Shown: one piece after another, positions 1 to 9,703 of the stretch
Layout: every line of letters begins with the position of its first letter
Position numbering within the stretch: the first letter of the stretch is position 1
Source: an uncultured Alphaproteobacteria bacterium
Lineage (GTDB): Bacteria; Pseudomonadota; Alphaproteobacteria; CBDVDY01
Length of the DNA stretch: 41,508 nucleotides
Assembly: GCA_965372875.1 (NCBI GenBank)
Contig: CBDVDY010000002.1
Location: 1-41,508 of the forward strand
Direction: 5' to 3'
Notes under the pieces: generated by a model
Told to the model about the DNA's origin: nothing
Seen by the model: the letters and a program-made list of their open reading frames with translations, nothing else
Database searches by the model: none
Made by a program: the position numbers and the translations under genes

Positions 1-16
1 CTTGTCCAATTTCGAC

Positions 17-304
17 CTATTCAGCAGCCGTCTGTTGCTGCTGCGGCTCGGGTTCCACCGCGCCCTCCTCCTTGTCCGGCTCGAAAAGCTGAACCGGCGC
101 GGAAGGCATTACCGTGGAAATCGCGTGTTTGTAAACCAGTTGCGAGTGGTGATCACGGCGCAGCAACACGCAGAAATTATCGAACCAAGTCACGATTCCC
201 TGAAGCTTCACCCCGTTTACAAGGAAAATCGTCACTGGGTTTTTGTTCTTGCGGATGTGATTGAGAAACACGTCCTGCAAGTTTTGCGTTTTCTCGGCTG
301 ACAT
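17..304 (-). CDS. hfq: RNA chaperone Hfq
   Basis: Sm-fold sequence [47 protein letters not shown] start at the ATG at 304 ([11 protein letters not shown]...) rather than the ORF-track start at 334, because MSAEK is the typical Hfq N-terminus. Sits downstream of dat and trkA, as in other alphaproteobacteria. Confidence 0.95.
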   Translation of the reverse strand: MSAEKTQNLQDVFLNHIRKNKNPVTIFLVNGVKLQGIVTWFDNFCVLLRRDHHSQLVYKHAISTVMPSAPVQLFEPDKEEGAVEPEPQQQQTAAE

Positions 305-429
305 GGTTGTTTTCCATTTGTTATTGGTCCTCACCCACGGGCGGCCTACCGGCCGTGAATTCCGTGTCGCACTTATTCACGCGGTATAATTACCGCGGCT
401 CCCATCGTCATCAAACTGACTCTAAGGAA

Positions 430-1095
430 TTAGGATTGATGAAGCAGTTTGGCAAGCTCCGAGCAATCCGCGACGAATAGATCCGGTTTGTCGAGACCGG
501 AAAGCTCGGGCCCTGTATCTCCAACCAGTACAGCCACGCAGGCGGCATTCCTGGCACACAATACGTCGACATCGTTGTCGCCAACGAGCCAAACATCGGC
601 GCCACGCGTCACGCCGCTGCCCACAAGGGCCATGTCCACCGGCGCCACGGCGGGCTTATCCTCGGGGGCGTCGTCCGCGCCGATCAATTTTCCGAAATAG
701 CCGGTCCAACCAAGATGCTCGGCCTCGCGGCGCAAAAGATCGCCCCTTTTGTTGCTTACCACGCCCAAATATATGTCTTTCTTCGCCAGCGCACCGAGAA
801 GCTCCACGGCCCCCGGCATCGGCCGCAATCCGTCCAAGTGCGTCGCGGTGAAATGGTCATAAAAAATTTTTCGCGCCTCCCGCCAGCGGTCGCCGAACAT
901 GGCCGGGAATCCGTCCCGCAACGAATGCTTGATCCGCGCGCGCGATTCCGACAGCGTCCACGGCCGCTGATCCATGGCGGCGAGCGCGGTGTTGAACGCC
1001 GCCAGGATAACCTCCCAATTATCCACCAGTGTGTTGTCCCAGTCGAACAGGATAGCGCGCGGCGGGCACACGGGATTTGAGTTATCGGGCGGCAC
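430..1095 (-). CDS. HAD-superfamily phosphatase (phosphoglycolate phosphatase-like)
   Basis: HAD motif I in AILFDWDNTLVD (DxDxT), motif II in GVVSNK, motif III/IV in KPAVAPV...LVGDNDVDV. GTG start at 1095 overlaps the dat stop by 14 nt. An in-frame GTG at 1071 is an alternative. Neither has a clear SD. Confidence 0.8.
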   Translation of the reverse strand: MPPDNSNPVCPPRAILFDWDNTLVDNWEVILAAFNTALAAMDQRPWTLSESRARIKHSLRDGFPAMFGDRWREARKIFYDHFTATHLDGLRPMPGAVELLGALAKKDIYLGVVSNKRGDLLRREAEHLGWTGYFGKLIGADDAPEDKPAVAPVDMALVGSGVTRGADVWLVGDNDVDVLCARNAACVAVLVGDTGPELSGLDKPDLFVADCSELAKLLHQS

Positions 1096-1936
1096 CGGAG
1101 GCGTGCGCGGCGTAAAGTTTCATCAGCTTGCGCGACAGCGGCCCCGGCTTGCCGTCACCGATAATCCGATCGTCGATGCGGACTACCGGCATCACGTTCG
1201 ACGAAGTACTTGTGACGAACGCTTCGCGGGCGGCGGCGGCTTCATCCGCGGTAAAGGCGCGCTCGACGAACGCCAGCCCCTCGCGGAGAGCGAGGTCGAT
1301 GACGGCCAGCCGCGTCACCCCGTTCAGAATAGCGTTGTCCGGGGTTCGGGTCGTCAGCTCGCCCTTCGAGGTGACGATCCAGGCGTTGCTCGCGGTGCCC
1401 TCGGTGATATAGCCGTCCGCATCGATCTGCAGCGCTTCGTAGGCCCCCGCGTCGGCCGCCGCCTGCTTGCCGAGAATATTCGGCAACAGCGAGATGGATT
1501 TGATATCGCAGCGTTTCCAGCGAATATCGGGCACGGTAATGACCGAGACGCCATCGACGCCCAATGAAGCGCGCGATTTCGCGCGCCGAGCGGTCATGAC
1601 GATCGCCGCCTCCGCGGCCCGCGGAAAGGCATGATCGCGCGCGGCCACGCCACGGGTGATCTGCATATATAATATCCCGTTGTGAACCCGATTGCGGCGC
1701 AGCACCTGCCGCATGACGATTTTCATTGCCCGGCGCGACATCGGAGCGGCGATATCGAGCTCACCAAGCGAGCGCTCGAGCCGATCGAGATGCGGTTCTT
1801 CGTCGACGAAACGCCCGCCCCGGACGGCGATCACCTCGTAGACGCCGTCGGCAAACTGGTAGCCACGGTCTTCGACATGGACCGAAGCCTGCTGATGCGG
1901 CACGTAACTTCCGTTGACATATGCGATACGGGACAT
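1082..1936 (-). CDS. dat: D-amino-acid (D-alanine) aminotransferase, PLP fold type IV
   Basis: Class IV aminotransferase pattern: VEDRGYQFADGVYEV, catalytic-Lys context RCDIKSISLLPNILGKQ, EGTASNAWIV. ATG start at 1936. Confidence 0.85.
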   Translation of the reverse strand: MSRIAYVNGSYVPHQQASVHVEDRGYQFADGVYEVIAVRGGRFVDEEPHLDRLERSLGELDIAAPMSRRAMKIVMRQVLRRNRVHNGILYMQITRGVAARDHAFPRAAEAAIVMTARRAKSRASLGVDGVSVITVPDIRWKRCDIKSISLLPNILGKQAAADAGAYEALQIDADGYITEGTASNAWIVTSKGELTTRTPDNAILNGVTRLAVIDLALREGLAFVERAFTADEAAAAREAFVTSTSSNVMPVVRIDDRIIGDGKPGPLSRKLMKLYAAHASGAAR

Positions 1937-1960
1937 TCGTCCGAAAACATATGTTTGTTT

Positions 1961-3337
1961 TCAGAAATATTCCAGTCGCACGGCAAACATCTTTTCGACC
2001 TTCTTGACCGCTTGCGACGCGGCGAACAGCACGACCCGGTCCTTCACGCGTATCACCGTGTCGCCGCGCGGCACCAACACCTCGCCATCGCGGACTATGG
2101 CGCCGATGATGATGCCCTTGTCGAGCTTGATCTCGCGCAACGGCGTGCCGACGACGCTCGACGTATCGAGCGCCTCGGCTTCGATCACCTCGCCCACCCC
2201 GTCGCGCAGCGAACGGACGTTCAGAATGCGGCCCCGCCGGATGTGCTGGAGAATTGTGGAAACGGTGATCGCCCTCGGCACCACGACGACATCGATGCCG
2301 AGCGTGGTGATAAGCGCCTCGTAAGTCTGATTGTTTACCAGCGTGACGGCCCGTCGGCAGCCACTCCGCTTGGCGAGCAGCGCGGCGAGAACGTTCACCT
2401 CGTCGTCGTTGGTCACCGTTACGATGGTGTCGGTAGCGCCGACATTGGCTTCGTCGAGGATCTCCGGGTCGAGCGCGTCGCCATTGATCACGACCGTGTC
2501 CGAGAGGGCCTGGGCGACGAGTTCGGCCCGCTCGGCGCCGAGCTCGATGACCTTGGCGGTGACTGTCGGGTGGTTCTTCTCGATGTCCTCGGCGAGAAAC
2601 AAGCCGATATTGCCGCCACCGACGATGATGATCCGGTGGGCCTCGGTCTCCTCCTGCCCGAACGACGCCATGGCGCGGCCGACGTGATCGGATTCCACCG
2701 CGAAATAAACCTCGTCGCCGGCCAGCATCTGATCGTCGCCGGTGGGCACGATGGTACGGCCATCGCGGATGATGCCGACGACAATCATGTGAAGGTCCGG
2801 AAAAAGCGTCGTCAGTTGCCGCAGCGGCGTATCGATTATGGGGCAATCGTCCGTCACGCGAACGCCGATTACACGGACCTTGCCATCGGCCAGCGGGATC
2901 ATATCGAACGCGCCGGGTGCCTGTAGCTGGTGTGTAATCGCGCGCGCGACCTCGATCTCGGGCGAAATGATGACGTCGATCGGCAGATTATCTCGACTGA
3001 AAAGGTCTGACCAGATCGGCTGCAAGTAGCTCTGCGCGCGCACGCGGGCGATCTTTGTCGGTAGATTAAAGAGCGAATGCGCGACCTGGCACGCCACCAT
3101 GTTGACTTCGTCGGCGTGGGTCACGGCGATGAGCATGTCCGCGTCTCCCGCGCCAGCCTGCTCCAACACGTCCGGATAGGAGGCGAAGCCCACGATGCCT
3201 CGCACGTCAAGTGTGTTGGTGACCTTGCGCACGAGATCGGGCGACTGGTCGATAACCGTAACTTGATTGTTTTCGGTAGCCAGATGTCGGGCGATATTGA
3301 ACCCGACCTGGCCGGCCCCGCAGACGATCACCTTCAT
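1961..3337 (-). CDS. trkA: Trk potassium uptake system NAD-binding protein TrkA
   Basis: Two tandem RCK/Rossmann units (MKVIVCGAGQVGFNIA and IIIVGGGNIGLFLA). 458 aa, typical TrkA length. ATG at 3337. Confidence 0.93.
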   Translation of the reverse strand: MKVIVCGAGQVGFNIARHLATENNQVTVIDQSPDLVRKVTNTLDVRGIVGFASYPDVLEQAGAGDADMLIAVTHADEVNMVACQVAHSLFNLPTKIARVRAQSYLQPIWSDLFSRDNLPIDVIISPEIEVARAITHQLQAPGAFDMIPLADGKVRVIGVRVTDDCPIIDTPLRQLTTLFPDLHMIVVGIIRDGRTIVPTGDDQMLAGDEVYFAVESDHVGRAMASFGQEETEAHRIIIVGGGNIGLFLAEDIEKNHPTVTAKVIELGAERAELVAQALSDTVVINGDALDPEILDEANVGATDTIVTVTNDDEVNVLAALLAKRSGCRRAVTLVNNQTYEALITTLGIDVVVVPRAITVSTILQHIRRGRILNVRSLRDGVGEVIEAEALDTSSVVGTPLREIKLDKGIIIGAIVRDGEVLVPRGDTVIRVKDRVVLFAASQAVKKVEKMFAVRLEYF

Positions 3338-3369
3338 GGATTAAGTCGCTCCCCCGCCCATTCGGGCGT

Positions 3370-4782
3370 TCAGGCGTCGTATTCGTGGGTCGTTTTCTCG
3401 CCGCCGCCGTGCACCCCCAGAGCCTTGAGCTTGCGGTGCAACGCCGAGCGCTCCATACCGACGAACGTGGCGGTACGCGAAATATTGCCGCCGAAACGCA
3501 TCATCTGCGCGGCCAGGTACTCGCGCTCAAAAATTGTTCGCGCTTCCCTGAGGGTCAGCGTCATGATCTCGCTGCCGCGGTCCCAGCGCGGCGCGATCGG
3601 CGTGGTCGCGCCAATCTCCGGCGGCAGCATACCGGCGCTAATCCGACTGGACGATTCGCCCGGCGCCATGATCAAGAGCCAATCGACGACGTTACTCAAT
3701 TGACGAACGTTTCCCGGCCAGTCATAGGCTTGCAGCACAGCCATCGCATCATCGCCGATTTGCCGTGGCGGAATGCCGGCCACGGCCGCGGAACGCGCCA
3801 TAAAGTATTCCGCGAGCCGCGGGATATCGGCGCGCCGCTCCATCAGTGGCGGCACCGCGATCGGTACCACGGAAAGCCGGTAATAGAGGTCCTCGCGGAA
3901 TCGTCCGCCCGCAATCTCGGCTTGCAGGTCGCGATTGGTCGACGCAATCACCCGTACCTCGACCTCGACACGGCTACTGCCGCCAACCCGTTCGAAGGTC
4001 TGCTCCTGCAACACGCGCACAATCTTGCCTTGGGTTTCGAGCGGCATGTCCGCCACTTCATCGAGCAGAAGGGTTCCCCCGTGCGCTTGCTCGAATGTGC
4101 CGATCTTGGCCGGGCTATTCGCGCCGTCGGCACCGGCTTCGCTGCCGAACAACTCGATTTCCATACGCTCTGGCCGCATCGTCGCGCAATTGACGACGAT
4201 AAAGGGGCCGTCCGCGCGACCGGAATGGGCTTGGAGAAGCTGGGCCACGACTTCCTTGCCGACCCCCGCCGGTCCGGTAATCAGAACGCGACTGCTGGTC
4301 GGCGCAACTTTTTCGATCGCCTGCCGCACTTGGCTGATCGCGGGCGAATTACCGATCAGTTCCACATCGCCACCCGACCGCAATTTGAGCTGCTCGTATT
4401 CCCTCCGCAGCTGGGCGGCCTCTATGGCCCGTCGGATCACCAACAACAGGCGGTCGGCCTTGAACGGCTTTTCGATAAAGTCGTAGGCGCCGTTCTTGAT
4501 CGCCGCCACCGCGGTTTCGATGTTTCCGTGGCCGCTAATCATGACGACCGGCACGCCGGCATAGTTCGCGACGATTTCGTCAAGAAGTTGCATCCCGTCT
4601 ATGGCGCTGCCTTGCAGCCAAATATCGAGGATGACGAGGTTCGGGCGCCGCGCGTTTAGCAAGCTAAGCGCCGTCTCGGAATCTCCCGCGACACGCGTCT
4701 CGTAGCCTTCGTCCCGCAGGACGCCGTCGATCAGTGCCCGAATGTCGGCCTCGTCGTCGACGATCAGGATATCAAACGCCAT
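3370..4782 (-). CDS. ntrX: Response regulator NtrX (receiver + AAA+ + Fis-type HTH)
   Basis: Receiver (ILIVDDEADIR, LVILDIWL), Walker A GPAGVGKE, C-terminal HTH GGNISRTATFVGMERSALHRKLKALGV. I start at the ATG at 4782 (MAFDILIVDD). The 24-codon Arg/Pro-rich ORF extension to 4854 runs inside ntrY. The chosen start overlaps the ntrY stop by 11 nt. Confidence 0.9.
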   Translation of the reverse strand: MAFDILIVDDEADIRALIDGVLRDEGYETRVAGDSETALSLLNARRPNLVILDIWLQGSAIDGMQLLDEIVANYAGVPVVMISGHGNIETAVAAIKNGAYDFIEKPFKADRLLLVIRRAIEAAQLRREYEQLKLRSGGDVELIGNSPAISQVRQAIEKVAPTSSRVLITGPAGVGKEVVAQLLQAHSGRADGPFIVVNCATMRPERMEIELFGSEAGADGANSPAKIGTFEQAHGGTLLLDEVADMPLETQGKIVRVLQEQTFERVGGSSRVEVEVRVIASTNRDLQAEIAGGRFREDLYYRLSVVPIAVPPLMERRADIPRLAEYFMARSAAVAGIPPRQIGDDAMAVLQAYDWPGNVRQLSNVVDWLLIMAPGESSSRISAGMLPPEIGATTPIAPRWDRGSEIMTLTLREARTIFEREYLAAQMMRFGGNISRTATFVGMERSALHRKLKALGVHGGGEKTTHEYDA

Positions 4783-7045
4783 GGAAAGCGGTCTTCGCGG
4801 TTTCGGCGGTCGCGGTCTCGCCCTTGGGCGGTCGCTCTTCCTCGCCGACGCCAAATATCAGCTTCACGCGGGCACCCCCACCATCACGGTTCTCCAACAC
4901 CACGTCGCCCCGGTGATCTTCCATTATCTTGCGCACGATCGCGAGACCCAACCCGGTCCCCTTCTCGCGCGTCGTGACATAGGGCTCCAACAACCGGTGC
5001 TGAATGTCCGGCGGGAATCCCTGCCCGTTGTCTTCAACGACGATTTCCGCTCCGCCCCGCCGGCGGGCCAACGCCAGCGCGACCCTCCCCGATGCGGACT
5101 TTGGCTTGCTTTGGCCATCGCGGTCAAGAATCGAATCGGCGGCGTTTTGGAGCAGGTTTGTCACCGCCTGCCCGACCTGGTGCCGATCGCAACGAAGTTG
5201 AACCGGCCCCTCCGGCGCCTCGATTTCGAATTCGATCTCGGGATGGGCGGATCGCTGCAGGAAAAGAGCCTGCCGGCAAATATCCGAAAGGTCCTCCTCC
5301 TTGAGCACCGGCGCCGGCATGCGGGCGAACGCCGAAAACTCGTCGACCATGCGGCCGATATCGTCCACCTGCCGAATGATCGTGTCGGTGCAAATTTCGA
5401 AGGTCTCGCGGTCGGTCTTTATCTGGCTCAAATATTTACGTTTCAGACGTTCCGCGGAAAGCTGGATCGGAGTCAGCGGATTTTTGATTTCATGCGCCAC
5501 GCGGCGGGCAACATCCGACCAGGCCGCCTTGCGCTGCGCCGCCTGCAATTCGGTGATATCGTCGAACGTCACGACGTAGCCAATGACCTCGCGGCTGATT
5601 CGTTCCGCCGCGATACGAACCAGAAGCGTGCGCGCCCGGCCATCCCGGATCATATTGATCTCCGCCTGCTCGAAGCGCTCGGGCCGGCGCCGAACCTTGC
5701 CGATCAATTTACTCATCTCGGGCACCGCCTCGGACAAATCCCGATCGATCATTTGTTCGAGATCGACGGACAGCAGCTCCGAGGCGGAACGGTTGGGCAA
5801 ATTGATTCGGCCGTCGGCGTCCAGCCCGATCACCCCCGCCGAGACGCCGGCCAGCACGGTCTCGGTGAATTGCCGCCGCGCGTCGAGTTGCCGGTTTGCT
5901 TCCACGAGTTCCCGCCGTTGCCGCTCGAGCCGGCTGGTCATGCGGTTAAAGGCCCGGGACAACATGCCGATCTCGTCGTCGCCTCCGTCCTCGGCGACGC
6001 GCGCCGACAAATCGCCGGCGCGAACTTTCTCCGCCGCCGCGATCAGACCACTTATCGGCCCGGCGAGCCGCGTCGCGAACATCAGCCCGACCCAGATCGC
6101 GGCCATCAACAGCAGCAGCGCGACCAGCGCAAAGAGCATAAAGAAGCTGATTTCCAGACCGGATCGTTTGCCCTCCAGGCGCTCGTATTCGTCCACCGCC
6201 TGCTTCGCGCGCGTGACGTAGGAAAGCACCTCCGAACTGATGAACCGTCCGACGTAAAGGTAGGTATCGAAAAAGCGGTCGAGCCGGACCAGCGCTCGAA
6301 CGCGTTCGTCGGAGGGCTTTGCCATGATCGCGACTTCGCCCCTCCTGGCCTGCTCCATGGCCTGCTCGGGCACCCAGTCGAACTGCAGGCCGAGACTGAG
6401 CGCCGAACTCGCGATTATCCGGCCCGTGCCGTCGAATACGATGACCTCCGGCAAGGACCGCGACGCCGCCTGCTCCTCGACGGCGCGTTGAAATATTAAG
6501 GAAGATTGCATCAGCAACGGCGCGTCGCGGCTGAGATCGCTCGCCAACGCCAGAATGTCGGCGCGAATCGCCTGCTGATGCTCCTGGAGATACCGATCGG
6601 TGACGGCGAGCGATTCGTGGAGCGCCGTTCGCACACGCTCGCTGAACCATGCCTGGATGCCGAAATTGAAGAACAGGGCCGAGAAAACGGCGATGACAAT
6701 GGTCGGAGTCACCGCGACTAGGCTGAACATCACTACCAGGCGCACGTGCAGCCGCGAGCCGGCCGAGCCGCGCCGGCGCTCGCTCCACAACTTGACCACA
6801 CGGCGCGCCACCAGCGCGCCCAGTATCAGCAGCAGAACGAGGTCGACATTCAACAGAATCAGGAGTGTATCGGGGTCCGGCCCCAACGGCGGTGAGCCGG
6901 TAAGCGCCGCATAAGTCGCAAAACCCGAGAAAATCGCGGCCACCGTCAGCGCGACGGCGAACTTGCGGCTAAGGCCGACCCGGCGCGACCATTCACCGAA
7001 CTGGCGCACAATCGGGTGGATCAGTGTCGTCGAGTGAGCCGTCAT
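4772..7045 (-). CDS. ntrY: Sensor histidine kinase NtrY (TM-HAMP-PAS-HisKA-HATPase)
   Basis: N-terminal TM helices, H-box HEIKNPLTPIQLSAERL, N/G boxes (LLQNAADS, DNGQGFP, GTGLGLAIVRKIMEDH). ATG at 7045; the ORF-track start at 7048 is a TTG one codon upstream. Confidence 0.9.
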   Translation of the reverse strand: MTAHSTTLIHPIVRQFGEWSRRVGLSRKFAVALTVAAIFSGFATYAALTGSPPLGPDPDTLLILLNVDLVLLLILGALVARRVVKLWSERRRGSAGSRLHVRLVVMFSLVAVTPTIVIAVFSALFFNFGIQAWFSERVRTALHESLAVTDRYLQEHQQAIRADILALASDLSRDAPLLMQSSLIFQRAVEEQAASRSLPEVIVFDGTGRIIASSALSLGLQFDWVPEQAMEQARRGEVAIMAKPSDERVRALVRLDRFFDTYLYVGRFISSEVLSYVTRAKQAVDEYERLEGKRSGLEISFFMLFALVALLLLMAAIWVGLMFATRLAGPISGLIAAAEKVRAGDLSARVAEDGGDDEIGMLSRAFNRMTSRLERQRRELVEANRQLDARRQFTETVLAGVSAGVIGLDADGRINLPNRSASELLSVDLEQMIDRDLSEAVPEMSKLIGKVRRRPERFEQAEINMIRDGRARTLLVRIAAERISREVIGYVVTFDDITELQAAQRKAAWSDVARRVAHEIKNPLTPIQLSAERLKRKYLSQIKTDRETFEICTDTIIRQVDDIGRMVDEFSAFARMPAPVLKEEDLSDICRQALFLQRSAHPEIEFEIEAPEGPVQLRCDRHQVGQAVTNLLQNAADSILDRDGQSKPKSASGRVALALARRRGGAEIVVEDNGQGFPPDIQHRLLEPYVTTREKGTGLGLAIVRKIMEDHRGDVVLENRDGGGARVKLIFGVGEEERPPKGETATAETAKTAFHGV

Positions 7046-7112
7046 CAAGCGTCCCGACCGGGCAAAATCCAGTCTCGCGGGCCCGGCTCTCCGGCCAACG
7101 CCCGCGACCCCT

Positions 7113-7142
7113 GTTCCGTCATTTTAGGTTCCGTCATTTTAG
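7113..7142. repeat. Perfect 15-bp tandem duplication (2 units) across the ntrC stop codon
   Basis: GTTCCGTCATTTTAG occurs at 7113-7127 and again at 7128-7142. The unit contains the ntrC stop (TCA on plus at 7134-7136), and the second copy supplies another in-frame stop 15 nt downstream. Confidence 0.9.
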
Positions 7143-8579
7143 GCCCCGCACCACTTGGATGTCCAATTCGCGGAGCTTTTTTCTCAGGGTGTTGCGGTTC
7201 AAACCAAGCAGATGAGCGGCTTTGAGCTGGTTGCCCCGCGTCGCCGCCAAGCTCAGCGACAGCAACGGCCGTTCGATTTCGCGCAGGACCCGGTCATAAA
7301 GCCCGGAAGCCGGCAGGCCGTCCCGGTGCGCCGTGAAATACTCCTTGAGGTGACGTTCGACGGCCGCGCCGATGCTGTCGTCCTGGGGCGCGTCGCTCGC
7401 GTCGGCCGCGCGGCCAGCGCCAGCCAGCTCCGCCTCGATGACCTCGATGCCGATGATTTCCTGGGCGTATAGGGCGGTCAGCCGGCGGACCAGGTTCTCG
7501 AGCTCGCGCACGTTGCCCGGCCAGCGGTGCTTCTTGAGCCGGTCCAGGGCCGCCGTGTCAAGCACCTTGGCGGGCAGCCCCTCTGCCTCGGCCTGCGACA
7601 GGAAGTGGCGGACCAGATCCGGTATATCGTCGAGACGCTCACGCACCGGCGGCAGCCGCATCGGCACCACATTGAGCCGGTAGAACAGATCCTCGCGAAA
7701 CAGCCCTTGGCGGACCAGGAGCCGCAAATCGTGGTGGGTCGCGGCGACGATACGGGCGTCGGCGCGGATCGGCGTGCGACCGCCGACGGTGGTGTATTCG
7801 CCCTCTTGCAGCACGCGAAGCAGCCGGGTCTGCGCTTCGATCGGCATGTCACCGATTTCGTCGAGAAACAGGGTGCCGCCCTCGGCTTGCTCGAAGCGTC
7901 CGGCAAAGCGGGTTCCAGCGCCGGTAAAGGCGCCTTTCTCGTGACCGAACAGCTCGCTTTCGATCAACTCGCGCGGAATTGCCGCCATATTTATGGCGAC
8001 GAATGGTCCGGCGCGCCGCTTGCCATAATTGTGCAGCGCAAGCGCCACCAGCTCCTTGCCAGTGCCCGATTCGCCGCTGATCATCACCGTAAGATCGGTC
8101 CCCATGAGTCGCGCGAGAACGCGATAAATTTCCTGCATGGCTGGCGATCGGCCGATAAGCGGTAATTCGTCTTCGCCGTCTTCGGCCTCGCTCACTCCCA
8201 CGGGGGTCGACCGCGACGCCGACAACGCCCGCTCCACCGTGTGCACCAGCTCGTTGAGGTCGAACGGCTTGGGCAGGTATTCGAAGGCGCCCCGCTCGGC
8301 CGCCTTGACCGCGGTCATCAGGGTGTTTTGCGCACTCATGGCGATAACGCGCAGGTCGGGCCGGAGTTTGCGCACCCGGGGGATGAGATCGAGCGCGTTT
8401 TCGTCCGGCAGGATCACATCGGTGATGACCAGATCGCCCTCTCCATCGGCGATCCAGCGCCACAGGGTCGCCGCGTTGCCGGTCAACCGCACACGGTAGC
8501 CGGCCCGTCCCAACGCCTGGTTCAATACGGTGCGAATGCTGCGGTCGTCATCCGCGACAAGGATCGTCGCCTCGGTCAT
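7134..8579 (-). CDS. ntrC: Nitrogen regulation response regulator NtrC (sigma-54 activator)
   Basis: Receiver ([21 protein letters not shown]), Walker A GESGTGKE, intact GAFTGA in [13 protein letters not shown], Fis-type [28 protein letters not shown] overlap with the ntrB stop. Confidence 0.93.
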   Translation of the reverse strand: MTEATILVADDDRSIRTVLNQALGRAGYRVRLTGNAATLWRWIADGEGDLVITDVILPDENALDLIPRVRKLRPDLRVIAMSAQNTLMTAVKAAERGAFEYLPKPFDLNELVHTVERALSASRSTPVGVSEAEDGEDELPLIGRSPAMQEIYRVLARLMGTDLTVMISGESGTGKELVALALHNYGKRRAGPFVAINMAAIPRELIESELFGHEKGAFTGAGTRFAGRFEQAEGGTLFLDEIGDMPIEAQTRLLRVLQEGEYTTVGGRTPIRADARIVAATHHDLRLLVRQGLFREDLFYRLNVVPMRLPPVRERLDDIPDLVRHFLSQAEAEGLPAKVLDTAALDRLKKHRWPGNVRELENLVRRLTALYAQEIIGIEVIEAELAGAGRAADASDAPQDDSIGAAVERHLKEYFTAHRDGLPASGLYDRVLREIERPLLSLSLAATRGNQLKAAHLLGLNRNTLRKKLRELDIQVVRGLK

Positions 8580-9703
8580 CGCGGACCGCCTTCGGTTGGA
8601 TGGGTGGGCAGGTTGATTCGAAAAACAGTACGTCTTGGCTCGCTGTCGAAGGCAATGACGCCGCCGTGATCGCCGACGATTTTGGCGACCAAGGCCAGGC
8701 CGAGGCCGGTCCCTCCGGCCTTGGTGGTGACGAACGGGTCGAACAGATGGCTACGCAAATCCTCGGGAACGCCCTGGCCGTTGTCCCGCACGCTGATCTC
8801 CAGCGGCAGTTGCATACGGCTTTGGCTGCCCGGGACGGCCAGACGGACGCTGTGCCGATAGGCGGTCTGCAGCCCGATTTCGCCATCCTCCTCGGCGACC
8901 GCCTCGGCGGCGTTCTTCACTAAATTGAGAAATACCTGCACGAGCTGATCGCGGTTGCCGAAGACCGGCGGCAGCGACGGGTCATAGGTTTCCTTGAACC
9001 GTACTTTGCGGGCAAACCCGCTTTGCGCCAGCCGACGCACATGTTCCAGCACTTCGTGGATATTTACCGCCGCGCGCTCTATCGGGCGCTTGTCCGAGAA
9101 CGCTTCCATGCGGTCAACAAGACTGCATACCCGGTCCGTCTCGTCGCAGATAAGTTGCGTCAACGAACGGTCGTCGGTCGACGCGTTCTGCTCAAGAAGC
9201 TGCGCCGCCCCGCGAATACCGGACAGCGGGTTCTTGATCTCGTGGGCCAGGACGACCGCCATCGCCGAGACCGAGCGCGCCGCGTCGCGGTGCGTTAACT
9301 GATGGTCTATCCGCCGGGCGATCGACTGTTCGCGCAGCGAGACCAACACCAATCCGGGCGTCTCGGCAACCGGGGAAACCTGGATGGCGACGAAATGCGT
9401 GCCGATGCGGGGCGAGTCAAGCGTAACGCCGTACTCGGAAACCACGCTGCCATGGGTGGCGACCTGTTCGATCAACGTAAAAACCGGGCTGTCGGCCGGC
9501 AATACGTCCTGCAACCGTTGCTCGCCGAGCATGGCGGCGCTGACATCGAAAAATTGTTCGGCGGCGAGGTTGGCGTAGCGGATGGCGCCGTCATGAGCGA
9601 CCACCAGCAGCGGGTCGACCACCGCGTTCAGGATCGTGGCGGCCTCGGACTTCGGTATTTCGGTCGGCGACGCGCCGCCAGTTGGCGCGGTTATCCCGGC
9701 CAT
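8576..9703 (-). CDS. ntrB: Nitrogen regulation sensor kinase NtrB
   Basis: PAS-like N-terminus, H-box [49 protein letters not shown] at 9703, with an in-frame GTG at 9706 as alternative. Overlaps the dusB stop by 1 nt (ATG start) or 4 nt (GTG start). Confidence 0.9.
   Translation of the reverse strand: MAGITAPTGGASPTEIPKSEAATILNAVVDPLLVVAHDGAIRYANLAAEQFFDVSAAMLGEQRLQDVLPADSPVFTLIEQVATHGSVVSEYGVTLDSPRIGTHFVAIQVSPVAETPGLVLVSLREQSIARRIDHQLTHRDAARSVSAMAVVLAHEIKNPLSGIRGAAQLLEQNASTDDRSLTQLICDETDRVCSLVDRMEAFSDKRPIERAAVNIHEVLEHVRRLAQSGFARKVRFKETYDPSLPPVFGNRDQLVQVFLNLVKNAAEAVAEEDGEIGLQTAYRHSVRLAVPGSQSRMQLPLEISVRDNGQGVPEDLRSHLFDPFVTTKAGGTGLGLALVAKIVGDHGGVIAFDSEPRRTVFRINLPTHPTEGGPR

Noticed and set aside
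1682-2926. 414-aa plus-strand ORF (and the 361-aa minus ORF 1761-2846) overlapping trkA and dat
   Set aside because: It runs antisense to or out of frame with the confidently identified trkA and dat genes. The product is Arg/Ala/Asp/His-rich and low in complexity. This is the usual long spurious ORF of GC-rich DNA.
3083-3100. TGGCACG... sigma-54-like -24 element
   Set aside because: It is inside the trkA coding sequence. No TTGC -12 element occurs at the required spacing.
4742-6499. 585-aa plus-strand ORF antisense to ntrY
   Set aside because: It lies entirely within ntrY on the opposite strand. It has no recognisable motifs and an Arg/Pro/Gly-rich composition. ntrY carries clear kinase motifs in its own frame.
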